Shown: positions 7,090 to 16,553, numbered from the stretch's first letter. The stretch is 64,000 nt of DNA from Vicinamibacterales bacterium (GCA_035263125.1 DATFRP010000100.1:2920-66919), one strand, 5' to 3'. Numbers and translations: made by a program. The notes: a model not told the origin generated them from the letters alone.

Positions 7090-9594
7090 CTATCGTGTCG
7101 CGACGTCTTGGCCCCTGGTCCGTGGTTCTTGGTGCTCAGTCCGCACTGCCGAAGGCGGGCCATGGGCGGTGCTCATGCGGAACGGCGTGCTCGCGACGAT
7201 GCCGGTCAGCAGCGAGGACCATCGATACTCACCAGGCGCCGCCTGTCGAGTGATCTGGCGGATCGTCGGCCAATCAGATGCCTCGACACTGCGTCCGAGC
7301 GCGTACGCGAGCAGCTTCTGCGTCAGCGTGCGTGCGAAGTCCTCCTGATGGTTCGCCATCAGCTGCCGCAACCCGGCGACACCGTCGAAGCGCGTGCCGT
7401 CGGGGAGCGCCGCCGACGCGTCGATCGGCAGCGTGTCGATCGAGTTGCGCCACTTGCCGAGCGCATCGAAGTGCTCGAGCGAGAACCCGAGCGGATCCAT
7501 GCGCACGTGACACACCGCACACGACGGGTTCTTTCGATGGGCTTCCATCTGCTCGCGAATCGATCGCGGCCGACTGCCATCTTTGTCTTCGCTGAGCTGC
7601 GGCACGTCGGGTGGCGGCGGGGGCGGTGGCGATCCAAGGATGTTGTCGAGCAGCCATCGCCCGCGAAGGACCGGCGACGTCCGGTTCGGATACGAGGTCA
7701 CCGTCAGGATGCTGCCCTGGCCAAGCAGTCCACCGCGGATGCCGTCGGTAAAGGTGACGCGTCTGAAGTGACTGCCGTAGACGTTCGGGATGCGATAGTG
7801 CCGCGCCAGGCGTTCGTTGACGAAGGTGTAGTCCGCGCTCAGGAGCTCGCCGACGGGACGATCGTCGCGCAGCTGCGATGCGACGAAGCGTCGTGTTTCC
7901 TCCTTGAAGGCCGCGCGCAAGTTTTCGTCGAATTCCGGATACGCGTCGACGTCGGGCACGACGCCTGACAGCTTGCCCAGCGTCAGCCACTGGCTGACGA
8001 AGTTGTCGACGAGTGCCTGCGCGCGCGGGTCGGCGAGCATCCGCTTCACCTGGCGCTCGAGCACCGCCGGTTGACCGAGGGTGCCGCCGATTGCCGCGTC
8101 GAGCAGCGCATCATCAGGAATACTGCTCCACAGAAAGAACGAAAGCCGCGATGCGAGATCGATGTCGCTGATGCGATACGCGGTGCCCGGTGCCACGTGC
8201 GCCGGCTCGTGCTCGATGCGGAAGAGGAAGCTTGGGGATGCCAGGATTCTTCGCAGCGCCTGCTGAATGCCCGCGTCGAAGCCCTCCTCCGCGCGAGCAG
8301 AGCGATAGAAGGGGAGCAGCGTCTCCAGATCCTGCGGCGTGATCGGGCGACGATACGCACGACGCGCGAGTGTCGACAGGATCGTGCGTGCGCACGCCTC
8401 CTCCGCGGCCGGCGTCTGCGCTTTGCAGGTGAACACCTTCCGACGGCTCGGGGTGTCGCTCACGGCGCGCGGCGTGTACGGCCCTGCGATCGTGACGTTG
8501 TCGACCGCGGGATCGCCGAAGTACAGCTCGTTGGTCGTTCGCGCGAACCCGCGCTGCGCCGGCTGCAGCACGCCTTCAGGCTCCCAGAATTGCTTGACGA
8601 AGGACACACCGACGCGATGGGCGCCGGCTGTCACCGGCACGTGCACGTTGAGCGCGTCATCCGCAGTGTGCATGTAGACTTCCCACCCCGGCTCGCCTTG
8701 CGTGTTCCCGGCGAAGCTCTCCGGCGCGGTCATCCCTTTCCCTTCACCGCCGATCGTGAATCGTTTGATGAGCGCGCCATCGACCCGGATGTCGATCTGA
8801 TGCGGCTCGCCCATGCCGATCAGATAGAGATAGAGCTGCCGCTTGAGGCGGACGCTGATGCGGTACTCGCCGTCGAGCGGGAAGTGATAGGGAATCGAAA
8901 GGCCGCCGCGCGATCCGAACGGCAGATCCTCGCTCGTGCGATCGTCCTGCACGAGAGCCGTGGGGATCCTGAACGTGTGTTCGATCGGACCGAGCGAGTC
9001 GTGTCCGATTGCCAGTCGGCTCACGACGCTCGCTGCCGAGAGGTAGTTCTCGAGCAGACGCGGAGAGACGGACAGCACGCCCGCCATGTTGTCGAAGCCC
9101 TGCTGATTGGGCTCGTCCGCAGGCAGCAGCGACCGTTCATCGATCTCGAGCGCCAGCAGATCGCGAACCGCATTCGTGTACTCGGTCCGGTTCAGACGAT
9201 GGACGATGACTCGTCCAGGATTGGGACTCGTTGCAGCGGCCCGATCGAGCGCGGCTTCGAGCGTCGTCGTCGCACGATCGTACGTATCGCGATCCGGTCG
9301 CGGCAGACCGGCGGGTGGCATCTCGCGCGTGCGCAGTTTGCGCGCGACCTTCTCCCAGAGCTCGACGTTGGCGCCGACGCGATCGACATCGAGTGCATCG
9401 AGCTCGAGGCCGGCGGTCTTGAGGCGGCCGTTGTGGCAGGTCACACAGTAGCGATCGAGTACCGGACGCAGGGCTGCCGCGCCAGAGGCGGGTGCTGCTC
9501 GTTGTTGGGCGATCGGATGTGCGGGTACATAGCTGAGCGTGAGCAGCAGGGCCCCTGCCTTGATCAGCCACGCCGTCACGGATCGCGACGTCAC
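7090..9594 (-). CDS. DUF1592/DUF1595/DUF1588/DUF1585-type protein with two CxxCH motifs (PSD-like)
   Basis: CVTCHNGRLKTAGLELD lies near the N-terminus and CAVCHVRMDPLGFSLEHFDALGKWR near the C-terminus, as in planctomycete-type DUF1585/1592 proteins. The start is uncertain: GTG at 9594 or 9579, with the maximal ORF reaching 9687 and running into a REP hairpin. Confidence 0.8.
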   Translation of the reverse strand: MTSRSVTAWLIKAGALLLTLSYVPAHPIAQQRAAPASGAAALRPVLDRYCVTCHNGRLKTAGLELDALDVDRVGANVELWEKVARKLRTREMPPAGLPRPDRDTYDRATTTLEAALDRAAATSPNPGRVIVHRLNRTEYTNAVRDLLALEIDERSLLPADEPNQQGFDNMAGVLSVSPRLLENYLSAASVVSRLAIGHDSLGPIEHTFRIPTALVQDDRTSEDLPFGSRGGLSIPYHFPLDGEYRISVRLKRQLYLYLIGMGEPHQIDIRVDGALIKRFTIGGEGKGMTAPESFAGNTQGEPGWEVYMHTADDALNVHVPVTAGAHRVGVSFVKQFWEPEGVLQPAQRGFARTTNELYFGDPAVDNVTIAGPYTPRAVSDTPSRRKVFTCKAQTPAAEEACARTILSTLARRAYRRPITPQDLETLLPFYRSARAEEGFDAGIQQALRRILASPSFLFRIEHEPAHVAPGTAYRISDIDLASRLSFFLWSSIPDDALLDAAIGGTLGQPAVLERQVKRMLADPRAQALVDNFVSQWLTLGKLSGVVPDVDAYPEFDENLRAAFKEETRRFVASQLRDDRPVGELLSADYTFVNERLARHYRIPNVYGSHFRRVTFTDGIRGGLLGQGSILTVTSYPNRTSPVLRGRWLLDNILGSPPPPPPPDVPQLSEDKDGSRPRSIREQMEAHRKNPSCAVCHVRMDPLGFSLEHFDALGKWRNSIDTLPIDASAALPDGTRFDGVAGLRQLMANHQEDFARTLTQKLLAYALGRSVEASDWPTIRQITRQAAPGEYRWSSLLTGIVASTPFRMSTAHGPPSAVRTEHQEPRTRGQDVATR

Positions 9595-9654
9595 GTCTCG
9601 ACACTCCGCCACGCGCAAGTCTGAACCAAAACCGGCGGAAGTCAACGGGTTTGC

Positions 9655-9686
9655 GTACGTAGAGGCCGCCTTCAGGCGGCCTTCCA
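9655..9686. repeat. single REP-like hairpin CGTACGTAGAGGCCGCC-TTCA-GGCGGCCT
   Basis: A GTAG head is followed by an 8-bp GC stem with a TTCA loop. The head CGTACGTAG(A/G)GGCCG recurs at 16554. Confidence 0.5.
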
Positions 9687-9693
9687 ACGGAGT

Positions 9694-10812
9694 ATGCTAC
9701 GCGCTGTGATCACTCGGCGCGGCTTTCTGGATCGTGCCGGTACGCTTGCGATGTCTGCGTCCGCGATGTCAGCGCTGAGCGGCGTTTCGAACGCGGCGCT
9801 CCCGCGTCGTCCTCAGCGCGTCGCGGTGATCGGCGCCGATCACTACCACGCGACCTCGACGCCGAACTACCTCCGCATTCTTCAAAGCGAGCGGCTCGAC
9901 ATCGTCGGTGTGCACGCGCCCGATGCCGCTGTGGCCGGGACGTGGGCGTCGCAATACGGCAGCACTCCCTATACCGACTATCGCGTCATGGTCGAGAAAA
10001 CGAAGCCCGAGTTCATCGTTGCGCTCGGCCGCCATGTCGCGATGCCCGCGGAGTTCCGGTATCTCGCCGACACCGGCATTCCGTTTCTGATGGAGAAGCC
10101 ATGGGGCGTCGACGATCGCACCGTCAACGAGCTCGCCGATCTGGCGGAATCGAAACGCGCGTGGGCTGCGGTGCCGATGCCGTTTCGCTACAGTCTGTTT
10201 GCGGAGACGGCGATCGCGATGCGCGATCGCGGCGAGCTCGGGACCCTTTCTCACATGCTCTTCCGCTTCAATCAGCCAGGCATCCAGCGATACAAAGACC
10301 TGGGCAGTCCGTGGATGCTCTCGAAAGCCGACGCCGGCGGCGGAGCCTTGATCAACCTGGGCATCCATGGTTTCGATCTCTGTCGATACATCACAGGCGA
10401 GGAACCGCACCTGGTGTCGGCCGTGACGAGCCACACGCTCTACAAACTCGAGATCGAAGACTACGCACACGTCACGCTGCTCACGCAGAGCGGGATGCTC
10501 TTCCACAACGAAGCGAGCTACACCTTTCCCGGCGCGGGCGGTGATCAGGAGCGGAAGCTCTCCGCAGAGAAGGTGTTCCTGCGTGCGACGACGACGGGTG
10601 GTGAGGGCGTCCAGATCGTGGGGCCCGGTCGTGATGAAACGCGACGCGCCCCTGAGGGATATCTGAGCGGCTGGCCGCGAGTCGTGCGTGAATGCCTGGA
10701 TCGCATCGGCCGGGGAGAGCCGCCGCCGGCGACCGCGCGCGACTGCGCGCGAGCGGTGTCGTTGATCTTTGCTGCGTATCGGGTGGCTGGCGAAAACGTC
10801 GTTCGCTCGTAA
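9694..10812 (+). CDS. Gfo/Idh/MocA-like oxidoreductase with Tat-type signal
   Basis: The N-terminus ITRRGFLDRAGTLAMSASA is Tat-like. It is followed by a Rossmann-like RVAVIGADHYH and an EKPWG motif typical of the family. Confidence 0.7.
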   Translation: MLRAVITRRGFLDRAGTLAMSASAMSALSGVSNAALPRRPQRVAVIGADHYHATSTPNYLRILQSERLDIVGVHAPDAAVAGTWASQYGSTPYTDYRVMVEKTKPEFIVALGRHVAMPAEFRYLADTGIPFLMEKPWGVDDRTVNELADLAESKRAWAAVPMPFRYSLFAETAIAMRDRGELGTLSHMLFRFNQPGIQRYKDLGSPWMLSKADAGGGALINLGIHGFDLCRYITGEEPHLVSAVTSHTLYKLEIEDYAHVTLLTQSGMLFHNEASYTFPGAGGDQERKLSAEKVFLRATTTGGEGVQIVGPGRDETRRAPEGYLSGWPRVVRECLDRIGRGEPPPATARDCARAVSLIFAAYRVAGENVVRS

Positions 10813-10834
10813 TCTGCATTTCGGGGAGGTTGAA

Positions 10835-11404
10835 ATGCGCGCGTTGGTGACCTCACTTCTGATTGTTCTTGCCTGTGTGGCGCTCACGGCGCAAGCTGCG
10901 CGCGATGCTGGGTGGAGGCCGAAGACGGCTTCGGCACCGAGCCTCGTGCCGCCGGGCAGGCCCGCGCCGGGCGTGACCGAGTCGGCGGCAATTGCCGACG
11001 TGCTCGCGTTCGAGAAGGCGACCGAAGCAGCGGTCGTGCGCGGCGACACCGCCTACCTCGAACGCGCACTGGCGCCCACGTTTCTCTTCACACACGGTGA
11101 TGGATGGGTCGACGGTGGCGCGCCGCTCAAGGTCGATACGAAAGCGAGCTGGATCGAGTACGTGAAGAAGCAGCCCGCTCCCTATATCTATCGCGAGCTC
11201 GATCACGTGCAGGTGGAGCTGCACGGCGACGTGGCGATCACGCTGGGCCGGTACTTCTATCTCCCGCAGGGCAGTGGCCCGCCCAATCACTCGCAGGTCT
11301 GGTTCGAACGCGTCTACGCGAAGCGAAACGGCCAGTGGCAGATGCTCTCGCATCGCACGGTGAAGGGTCCGCTGCGCAACGAGGCAACGACGAGTACTAA
11401 GTGA
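10835..11404 (+). CDS. secreted SnoaL/NTF2-like (DUF4440-like) protein
   Basis: The ATG at 10835 is preceded by GGGGAGG. The signal peptide is MRALVTSLLIVLACVALTAQA. The C-terminal VYAKRNGQWQMLSHR is typical of the NTF2-like fold. The family call is tentative. Confidence 0.55.
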   Translation: MRALVTSLLIVLACVALTAQAARDAGWRPKTASAPSLVPPGRPAPGVTESAAIADVLAFEKATEAAVVRGDTAYLERALAPTFLFTHGDGWVDGGAPLKVDTKASWIEYVKKQPAPYIYRELDHVQVELHGDVAITLGRYFYLPQGSGPPNHSQVWFERVYAKRNGQWQMLSHRTVKGPLRNEATTSTK

Positions 11405-12104
11405 CTGTCAGAGATGCGCGTCTCTCTTTGTGGTAATTCGTGAGCGCGGCGTTGGCTGACACGATCGTGTCGAGTTGAGCCAGGACGTCATCGAGATCGC
11501 GTCCCGCGATCACCGTGTAGAACTCGTCGTCGGCAATTCCGGTGTAGACGCGATTGCCGATGCAACCGAGACTCGAGGCGACGCCGGCCGACAGCGCGGC
11601 CGGGATCGCCATGCAGGTCGGTCGGCCGAGGAGCGGCAGGGGCTGCTTCGACGCACGCGTCGCGGCCTCGTGCAACAGCATCAATCGCGCAGGCGTGCCG
11701 GCGACCAGCACCGCATCGGGATCGACCGGCGTCGATCCGAGCGGCGCATAGATCGTCGCCGCTGGAGTCGTCGGCAGTCGTGGGATGCCCGGCACTTCTT
11801 CCAGGCGCAGATAGCCGACATTCACCATGAGCCCGAGCGTGTTCGAGAGCTCGGCCTCCCGTTCCTTGGGCAGCGGGATGTTGTGCGTGTAGCTGCCGAC
11901 GGGACAGTTGTAATGATCCGAGGGCACTGTGTAGAACGCGCGTCCTTCGCTCGCGAGGCGCCAGAAGCTGCAGCCCGACGGCTGCGTGCCGGTCAGCGCG
12001 GCGACGTTCGCCGGTGGGGTCTCGCGGAACGCGATCGCCACGGGACGACGGGAGAGCTTTAATGAATCCGTGAGCTGCTTTTCGATCTGGGCGTAATTAC
12101 GCAT
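11397..12104 (-). CDS. DUF169 family protein
   Basis: 235 aa. The GCSFWRLA...FYT...DHYNCPVGSYTH pattern matches what I recall for DUF169 (COG2043). Confidence 0.7.
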   Translation of the reverse strand: MRNYAQIEKQLTDSLKLSRRPVAIAFRETPPANVAALTGTQPSGCSFWRLASEGRAFYTVPSDHYNCPVGSYTHNIPLPKEREAELSNTLGLMVNVGYLRLEEVPGIPRLPTTPAATIYAPLGSTPVDPDAVLVAGTPARLMLLHEAATRASKQPLPLLGRPTCMAIPAALSAGVASSLGCIGNRVYTGIADDEFYTVIAGRDLDDVLAQLDTIVSANAALTNYHKERRASLTVT

Positions 12105-12109
12105 ATAGA

Positions 12110-12210
12110 GACAGTGTAGGCCGGGCCTGTTTTTCAGGCCCGGCGGAACTGACTCGTGGCGTCGACTCAGTACACGCCGGGCCTGAAAGACAGGCCCGGC
12201 CTACACTGTC
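12110..12210. repeat. 101-bp MITE/REPIN-like element with perfect 20-bp terminal inverted repeats
   Basis: GACAGTGTAGGCCGGGCCTG (12110-12129) is the exact reverse complement of 12191-12210. Each end is itself a GGCCGGGCCTG-loop-CAGGCCCGGC hairpin. The element fills the whole gap between two same-strand genes. Confidence 0.8.
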
Positions 12211-12827
12211 ACTAACCTGGCTTCGATCCACTCTCGCAAACTATTAATCAACCATAGACGTGACGACGCAGCCACGTCCTCGCGCGTCAGGATGCGCTCG
12301 GCAATCGTGCCGGCATCGAGCAGCTCGGCGCGGAAGACGCCGGGCAGCAGCCCGCACGCAATCGGCGGCGTGTAGCGCCGGCCGTCGATCTCGACGACGA
12401 CGTTCGCGATCGTCGACTCGGTCACTTCGCGCCGCGCGTTCCACAAGATCACGTCGTCGACATCGGGCTGCGCGCTCCGCGCACGCTCGTACACATCGCG
12501 GCGAGTCGTTTTGTTGCGGAGGAATAGATCGTGTTCATCGATTGGATCGCGTGCGAACGCGAGACGCCAGGGGGCCTTCTGCTCGCGCGTGTGAGCGGTG
12601 CACTCCACGCGTGGGACGCCATCGCGATCGACCAGCAGGCGTAGTCGCCAGCAGCCGCGCGCGTGCGCCTGCTGTGCCGAGGCGATGGCCTCTCGGACAG
12701 CGGGCTCACGCCATTGGAACGAGAAACGGCCTGCCGAGCCGCGCATCCGCGCGATGTGCCGATCGAGCCGAGCTACCCGGCCTTCCTCCAGCCGCATGGT
12801 TTCGAGCAAGGAGAACTCGTCAGGCAT
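12201..12827 (-). CDS. aminotransferase class IV family protein (aminodeoxychorismate lyase-like)
   Basis: 208 aa. LETMRLEEGRV..LDRHIARM at the N-terminus and NARREVTESTIANVV...TPP...GLLPGVFR match class IV/PabC-like motifs. Its stop codon TAG lies inside the repeat terminus. Confidence 0.7.
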   Translation of the reverse strand: MPDEFSLLETMRLEEGRVARLDRHIARMRGSAGRFSFQWREPAVREAIASAQQAHARGCWRLRLLVDRDGVPRVECTAHTREQKAPWRLAFARDPIDEHDLFLRNKTTRRDVYERARSAQPDVDDVILWNARREVTESTIANVVVEIDGRRYTPPIACGLLPGVFRAELLDAGTIAERILTREDVAASSRLWLINSLREWIEARLVTV

Positions 12828-12881
12828 TCGCTATTGTGAGCACAAGGCTGAGTAAAATCGCCTGAGGGACCCATTCTCGAG

Positions 12882-13565
12882 ATGCGCATCCTGGTCGTCG
12901 AGGACGAGCAGAAAGTCGCAAACGCCCTGCGCGAGGGGCTTCAAGGCGAACGCTACGACGTCGTGGTCGAGCGCACGGGTGAAGGTGCGTTCTTCCGTGT
13001 GAACACGGAATCGTTCGACGTCATCCTGCTCGATCTCACGCTGCCCGGCCGCGACGGGCTCGAGATCCTGCAGGCGCTGCGGCAGCGCGGCATGAAGACG
13101 CCGGTCCTCGTGGTGACGGCTCGCGATTCGCTCAACGATCGCGTCGCCGGGCTCGATGCCGGTGCCGACGACTATCTGATCAAGCCGTTTGCGTTCGCGG
13201 AGCTGCTCGCGCGGATCCGGGCGCTCGTGCGCCGCGGTCGCGTCACCGAAACGCCGCGGCTGACGGTCGGTGACCTCGAGATGGACCTCGTGACCCGCAA
13301 GGTCGCCCGCGGCGGCCAGCCCGTGGAGCTGACGGTGCGCGAGTTCGAGCTGCTCGAGTATCTGATGCGGTATCACGGTCAGGTCGTCTCCCGTGAGACG
13401 CTCGCGCGCGACGTCTGGCGGGAGACGGCGCGCACCACGCCGCTCGACAACGTCATCGACGTGCACATCGCTCGGCTCCGGCGTAAAGTGGATCTGGATC
13501 AGGGACCGAAGTTGATTCATACCGTGCGCGGCGTCGGCTTCATGCTGCGCGAGGGCGAGCCATGA
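12882..13565 (+). CDS. OmpR-family response regulator (CusR/CopR-like)
   Basis: The receiver is MRILVVEDE...DVILLDLTLPGRDGLEIL...KPFAFAELLARIRAL, followed by a winged-helix output domain. Confidence 0.9.
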   Translation: MRILVVEDEQKVANALREGLQGERYDVVVERTGEGAFFRVNTESFDVILLDLTLPGRDGLEILQALRQRGMKTPVLVVTARDSLNDRVAGLDAGADDYLIKPFAFAELLARIRALVRRGRVTETPRLTVGDLEMDLVTRKVARGGQPVELTVREFELLEYLMRYHGQVVSRETLARDVWRETARTTPLDNVIDVHIARLRRKVDLDQGPKLIHTVRGVGFMLREGEP

Positions 13566-14995
13566 GCGCCGTCACCACCTGGTGGCGCTCGCACAACCTC
13601 CGCGTCCGGCTGACGTTGTGGTACGCCGCGGCGATGGTCATCGTGCTCGCCGTGTATGCCGCCGGTGTGTATGTCTTCCTCAGCCGCAGCGTGTCCGACT
13701 CGCTCGACCAGCGGCTGCGTGCCGACTACTTCTGGGTCGCGTCGACGGTCGACGAAGGTCCCGACGGCATGATCATGCCGGTTCCGCAGGTCGACCTGCT
13801 GCTCGAGAACGAGCAGCCGTGGGTGCAGATCTGGACCACCAACGGCGTGCTGATGCTCCTGAACAACGACGAAGCGAAGCGTCGTCCCGTGCCGGAGGCG
13901 CAGACGCTCGCCGAGGAGGGCGGGGAGCGGATTGAGACGTTCATGTCGGGCACGGTTCCGGTGCGAGTCCTCAGTCGTCCCAGCTACATCCGCAACCGCG
14001 CAGTTGTCATCCAGGTCGCACGCTCGGAGCTGCCGATGCGGGAGAACCTGCGCGACCTCGCGGTCATCCTCATCCTGGGCCTGCCTCTTGCCGTCGCGAT
14101 CGCGGGGTTCGGCGGCTACTCGCTGGCGAAGCGCGCGCTCGCGCCGATCGAGCGCATGAGCGATCGCGCGCGTCACATCACGGCCGAGAGCCTGAGCGAG
14201 CGGCTGCCCGTGGACAACCACGATGACGAGATGGGACGGATGGCGACGGTGTTCAACCAGACACTCGGACGCCTCGAGGAGTCGTTCGAGCAGATGCGCC
14301 GATTCACCGCGGATGTCTCACACGAACTGCGCACGCCGCTGACCGCAATCCGCAGCGTGGGCGAGGTCGGCCTGCGCGGACATCGGGATGAAATGACGTA
14401 CCGCAGCATCATCGGCAGCATGCTCGAGGAGGCCGATCGCCTCGCCGGTCTGGTCGATCGGCTGCTGACGCTCTCGCGGGCGGAGACGCATCAGCATGCG
14501 CTGCGCCGCGATGTCATCGACCTCGCGGTTCTGGCCGACGATGTGGTGTCGCATCTGGGCGTGCTGGCTGAGGAGAAGCGGCAGCAGCTCGTCGTCGAAC
14601 GACGCGGCGCGCCACTCGTGCCTGCCGATCGCGTGGTCCTGCGGCAGGCGCTGATCAATCTCGTCGACAACGCGATCAAGTTCTCGCCGACATCGGGGCA
14701 GGTGTGCATCCGCATCGCCGATGCCGGCGATCGCGCGACGATCGACGTGATCGATTCCGGCCCGGGGATCTCCAAGGAAGCGCGCGAGCGCATCTTCGAC
14801 CGCTTCTTCCGCGGGGGCGATACCGTGGTGGGCGGCACCGGCCTCGGCCTCTCGTTGGCCAAAAACGCCGTCGAGGCCCTCGGTGGACAGTTGACGCTGG
14901 AGCACACCGGCCAAGATGGCAGCGACTTCCGAATCACGCTGCCGCGGGTCGCGTCTGCGGCGGTTGCGGCCTCGGGACTGAGTCGAACTGGGTAG
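13562..14995 (+). CDS. sensor histidine kinase (heavy-metal sensor kinase-like, HAMP-HisKA-HATPase)
   Basis: Two TM segments, H-box FTADVSHELRTPLT, N box and G box (GTGLGLSLAK). An ATGA overlap joins it to the response regulator gene. Confidence 0.9.
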   Translation: MSAVTTWWRSHNLRVRLTLWYAAAMVIVLAVYAAGVYVFLSRSVSDSLDQRLRADYFWVASTVDEGPDGMIMPVPQVDLLLENEQPWVQIWTTNGVLMLLNNDEAKRRPVPEAQTLAEEGGERIETFMSGTVPVRVLSRPSYIRNRAVVIQVARSELPMRENLRDLAVILILGLPLAVAIAGFGGYSLAKRALAPIERMSDRARHITAESLSERLPVDNHDDEMGRMATVFNQTLGRLEESFEQMRRFTADVSHELRTPLTAIRSVGEVGLRGHRDEMTYRSIIGSMLEEADRLAGLVDRLLTLSRAETHQHALRRDVIDLAVLADDVVSHLGVLAEEKRQQLVVERRGAPLVPADRVVLRQALINLVDNAIKFSPTSGQVCIRIADAGDRATIDVIDSGPGISKEARERIFDRFFRGGDTVVGGTGLGLSLAKNAVEALGGQLTLEHTGQDGSDFRITLPRVASAAVAASGLSRTG

Positions 14996-15027
14996 CAACT
15001 GCAGTTGCTACCCTCACATTATGTGAG
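14990..15027. repeat. two adjacent perfect palindromes (24 bp GGGTAGCAACTGCAGTTGCTACCC; 15 bp CTCACATTATGTGAG)
   Basis: Verified base by base. The first contains the kinase stop codon. No T-run follows. Confidence 0.5.
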
Positions 15028-15065
15028 TAAGACGCGTCGAGCGATTCCGTCGCTACGATCGAAGC

Positions 15066-15620
15066 ATGATGGTTACGCATCTCACCCGCACCCAGCTCGA
15101 AGCCGGACTCGATTCCATTCGTCAGGCCCCGCGCGATCACGGAACGATCGAGTTGATCGTGCGACGCCCGGCTGTCGGGCAACGCGAGGTACTCGACGCC
15201 GGCGAGCTCGATGTCGTCGAAGGCCTGATCGGCGACACGTGGAAGAGCCGTCGCAACCCGCACACGCCAGACGGACTGCCGAATCCCGAGTCGCAGGTGA
15301 ACATCATGAGCGCGCGTGCAGTAGCGCTCATCGCTCAGGACAAATCGCGCTGGTCGCTGGCGGGCGATCAGCTGTTCGTCGATCTGAATCTGGCGCTCGA
15401 GAACCTGCCGCCTGGCACGCGACTCGCGCTGGGAACCGCGATCCTCGAAGTCTCCGCCGAGCCTCACACCGGGTGCGGCAAATTCGTCGAGCGTTTCGGG
15501 GTCGACGCGATGACGTTCGTGAACTCGCCAACGGGTCGTGCCCTGTGCCTACGCGGAATCAACGCCAGGGTCGTGCGCACTGGCGTCGTCCGCGTAGGCG
15601 ATAGAGTGCGGAAGGTTTAG
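15066..15620 (+). CDS. MOSC domain-containing protein
   Basis: 184 aa. The C-terminal HTGCGKF...GINARVVRTGVVRVGD pattern is typical of MOSC beta-barrel proteins. Confidence 0.8.
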   Translation: MMVTHLTRTQLEAGLDSIRQAPRDHGTIELIVRRPAVGQREVLDAGELDVVEGLIGDTWKSRRNPHTPDGLPNPESQVNIMSARAVALIAQDKSRWSLAGDQLFVDLNLALENLPPGTRLALGTAILEVSAEPHTGCGKFVERFGVDAMTFVNSPTGRALCLRGINARVVRTGVVRVGDRVRKV

Positions 15621-16336
15621 CGCCGCGTTCCGACGAACGTCACGGCCGTGGACTCCCGTCGCCACGGATCGGCCAGGCGCACATCGAATCCGCTGCGGTC
15701 GATCAGGGCGTACAGCTCCGCGTATGTGAACGCCCGGTGCGATCCGTGTCGGACCTCGGTGCGACCGTTGGCGATGAACGTGTAGTCGATTTCGAGGCGG
15801 CTTCGGACGTGGTCGTACTCATTCACGACCAGCAGGTACATCTCACCGACTCGCCACCAGGGGCGATCCTGCAGGCGAGGGAGCAGCAGCTCGATCACCA
15901 TCGGCGTCTCGAGGACGAAGCGTGCCCCCGGCTTGAGCGCCGCGGCAACCGCCTGCAAGAAGGCGGCGTTGCCGGCGTCGTCCAGGTAGCCGAAGCTGTT
16001 TCCGAGGCAGAACGCGCCGTCGAACCGCGCCGGCCATGGCAGGTCGCGCATGTCGCGCTGTTCCCACGTCACGCGATCGGCATCGACGCGCGTGCGAGCG
16101 TGATCGAGGAATTCGCCCGAGAGATCCACACCGGTGACGCGATACCCTCGGCCGGCCAGCGCGAGCGCGAGTCGCCCGCCACCGCACGGGACATCGAGAA
16201 GTTCGGCTCCCGCCGGCGCGGCGAGCCGCTCGTCGAGGCGTTCGGCCTCGCGGGCGGTATGGTCTGCTGACATCGCCTCCAACCAGAGTTGCACCGGGAG
16301 TCCCTCGAAGAAGTGTTCCCACCAGTTTGCGTTCAT
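15617..16336 (-). CDS. class I SAM-dependent methyltransferase
   Basis: SAM motif I is LLDVPCGGGRLALALAGRGYRVTGVDLS. The ATG at 16336 has GGAG 7 nt upstream. An alternative ATG lies at 16363. Confidence 0.8.
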   Translation of the reverse strand: MNANWWEHFFEGLPVQLWLEAMSADHTAREAERLDERLAAPAGAELLDVPCGGGRLALALAGRGYRVTGVDLSGEFLDHARTRVDADRVTWEQRDMRDLPWPARFDGAFCLGNSFGYLDDAGNAAFLQAVAAALKPGARFVLETPMVIELLLPRLQDRPWWRVGEMYLLVVNEYDHVRSRLEIDYTFIANGRTEVRHGSHRAFTYAELYALIDRSGFDVRLADPWRRESTAVTFVGTRR

Positions 16337-16553
16337 CACAGATCTCCATCCAAAGGTCCGCATCGTGCGGACACACCGCGGCTGAATTGGTAGAAGGAAA
16401 AACGCGCGAACGGGCTAGCGGGTGGCGGTTGTCAGCGGCAGTTCCGACGAGAATCTACTACGGTTTGGACGCCGATGTCGCGTATATAGCCATGACCTGG
16501 TATGCCTCGCTCGGCTCACGAACACCACAGGCGCGATTCTCGTCTTAGACAGA

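Noticed and set aside
8071-9624. 517-aa plus-strand ORF, plus the 426-aa minus-strand ORF at 9769-11049
   Set aside because: They are antisense to the DUF1592-type gene and to the Gfo/Idh/MocA and NTF2-like genes respectively. Their Arg-rich translations have no motifs.
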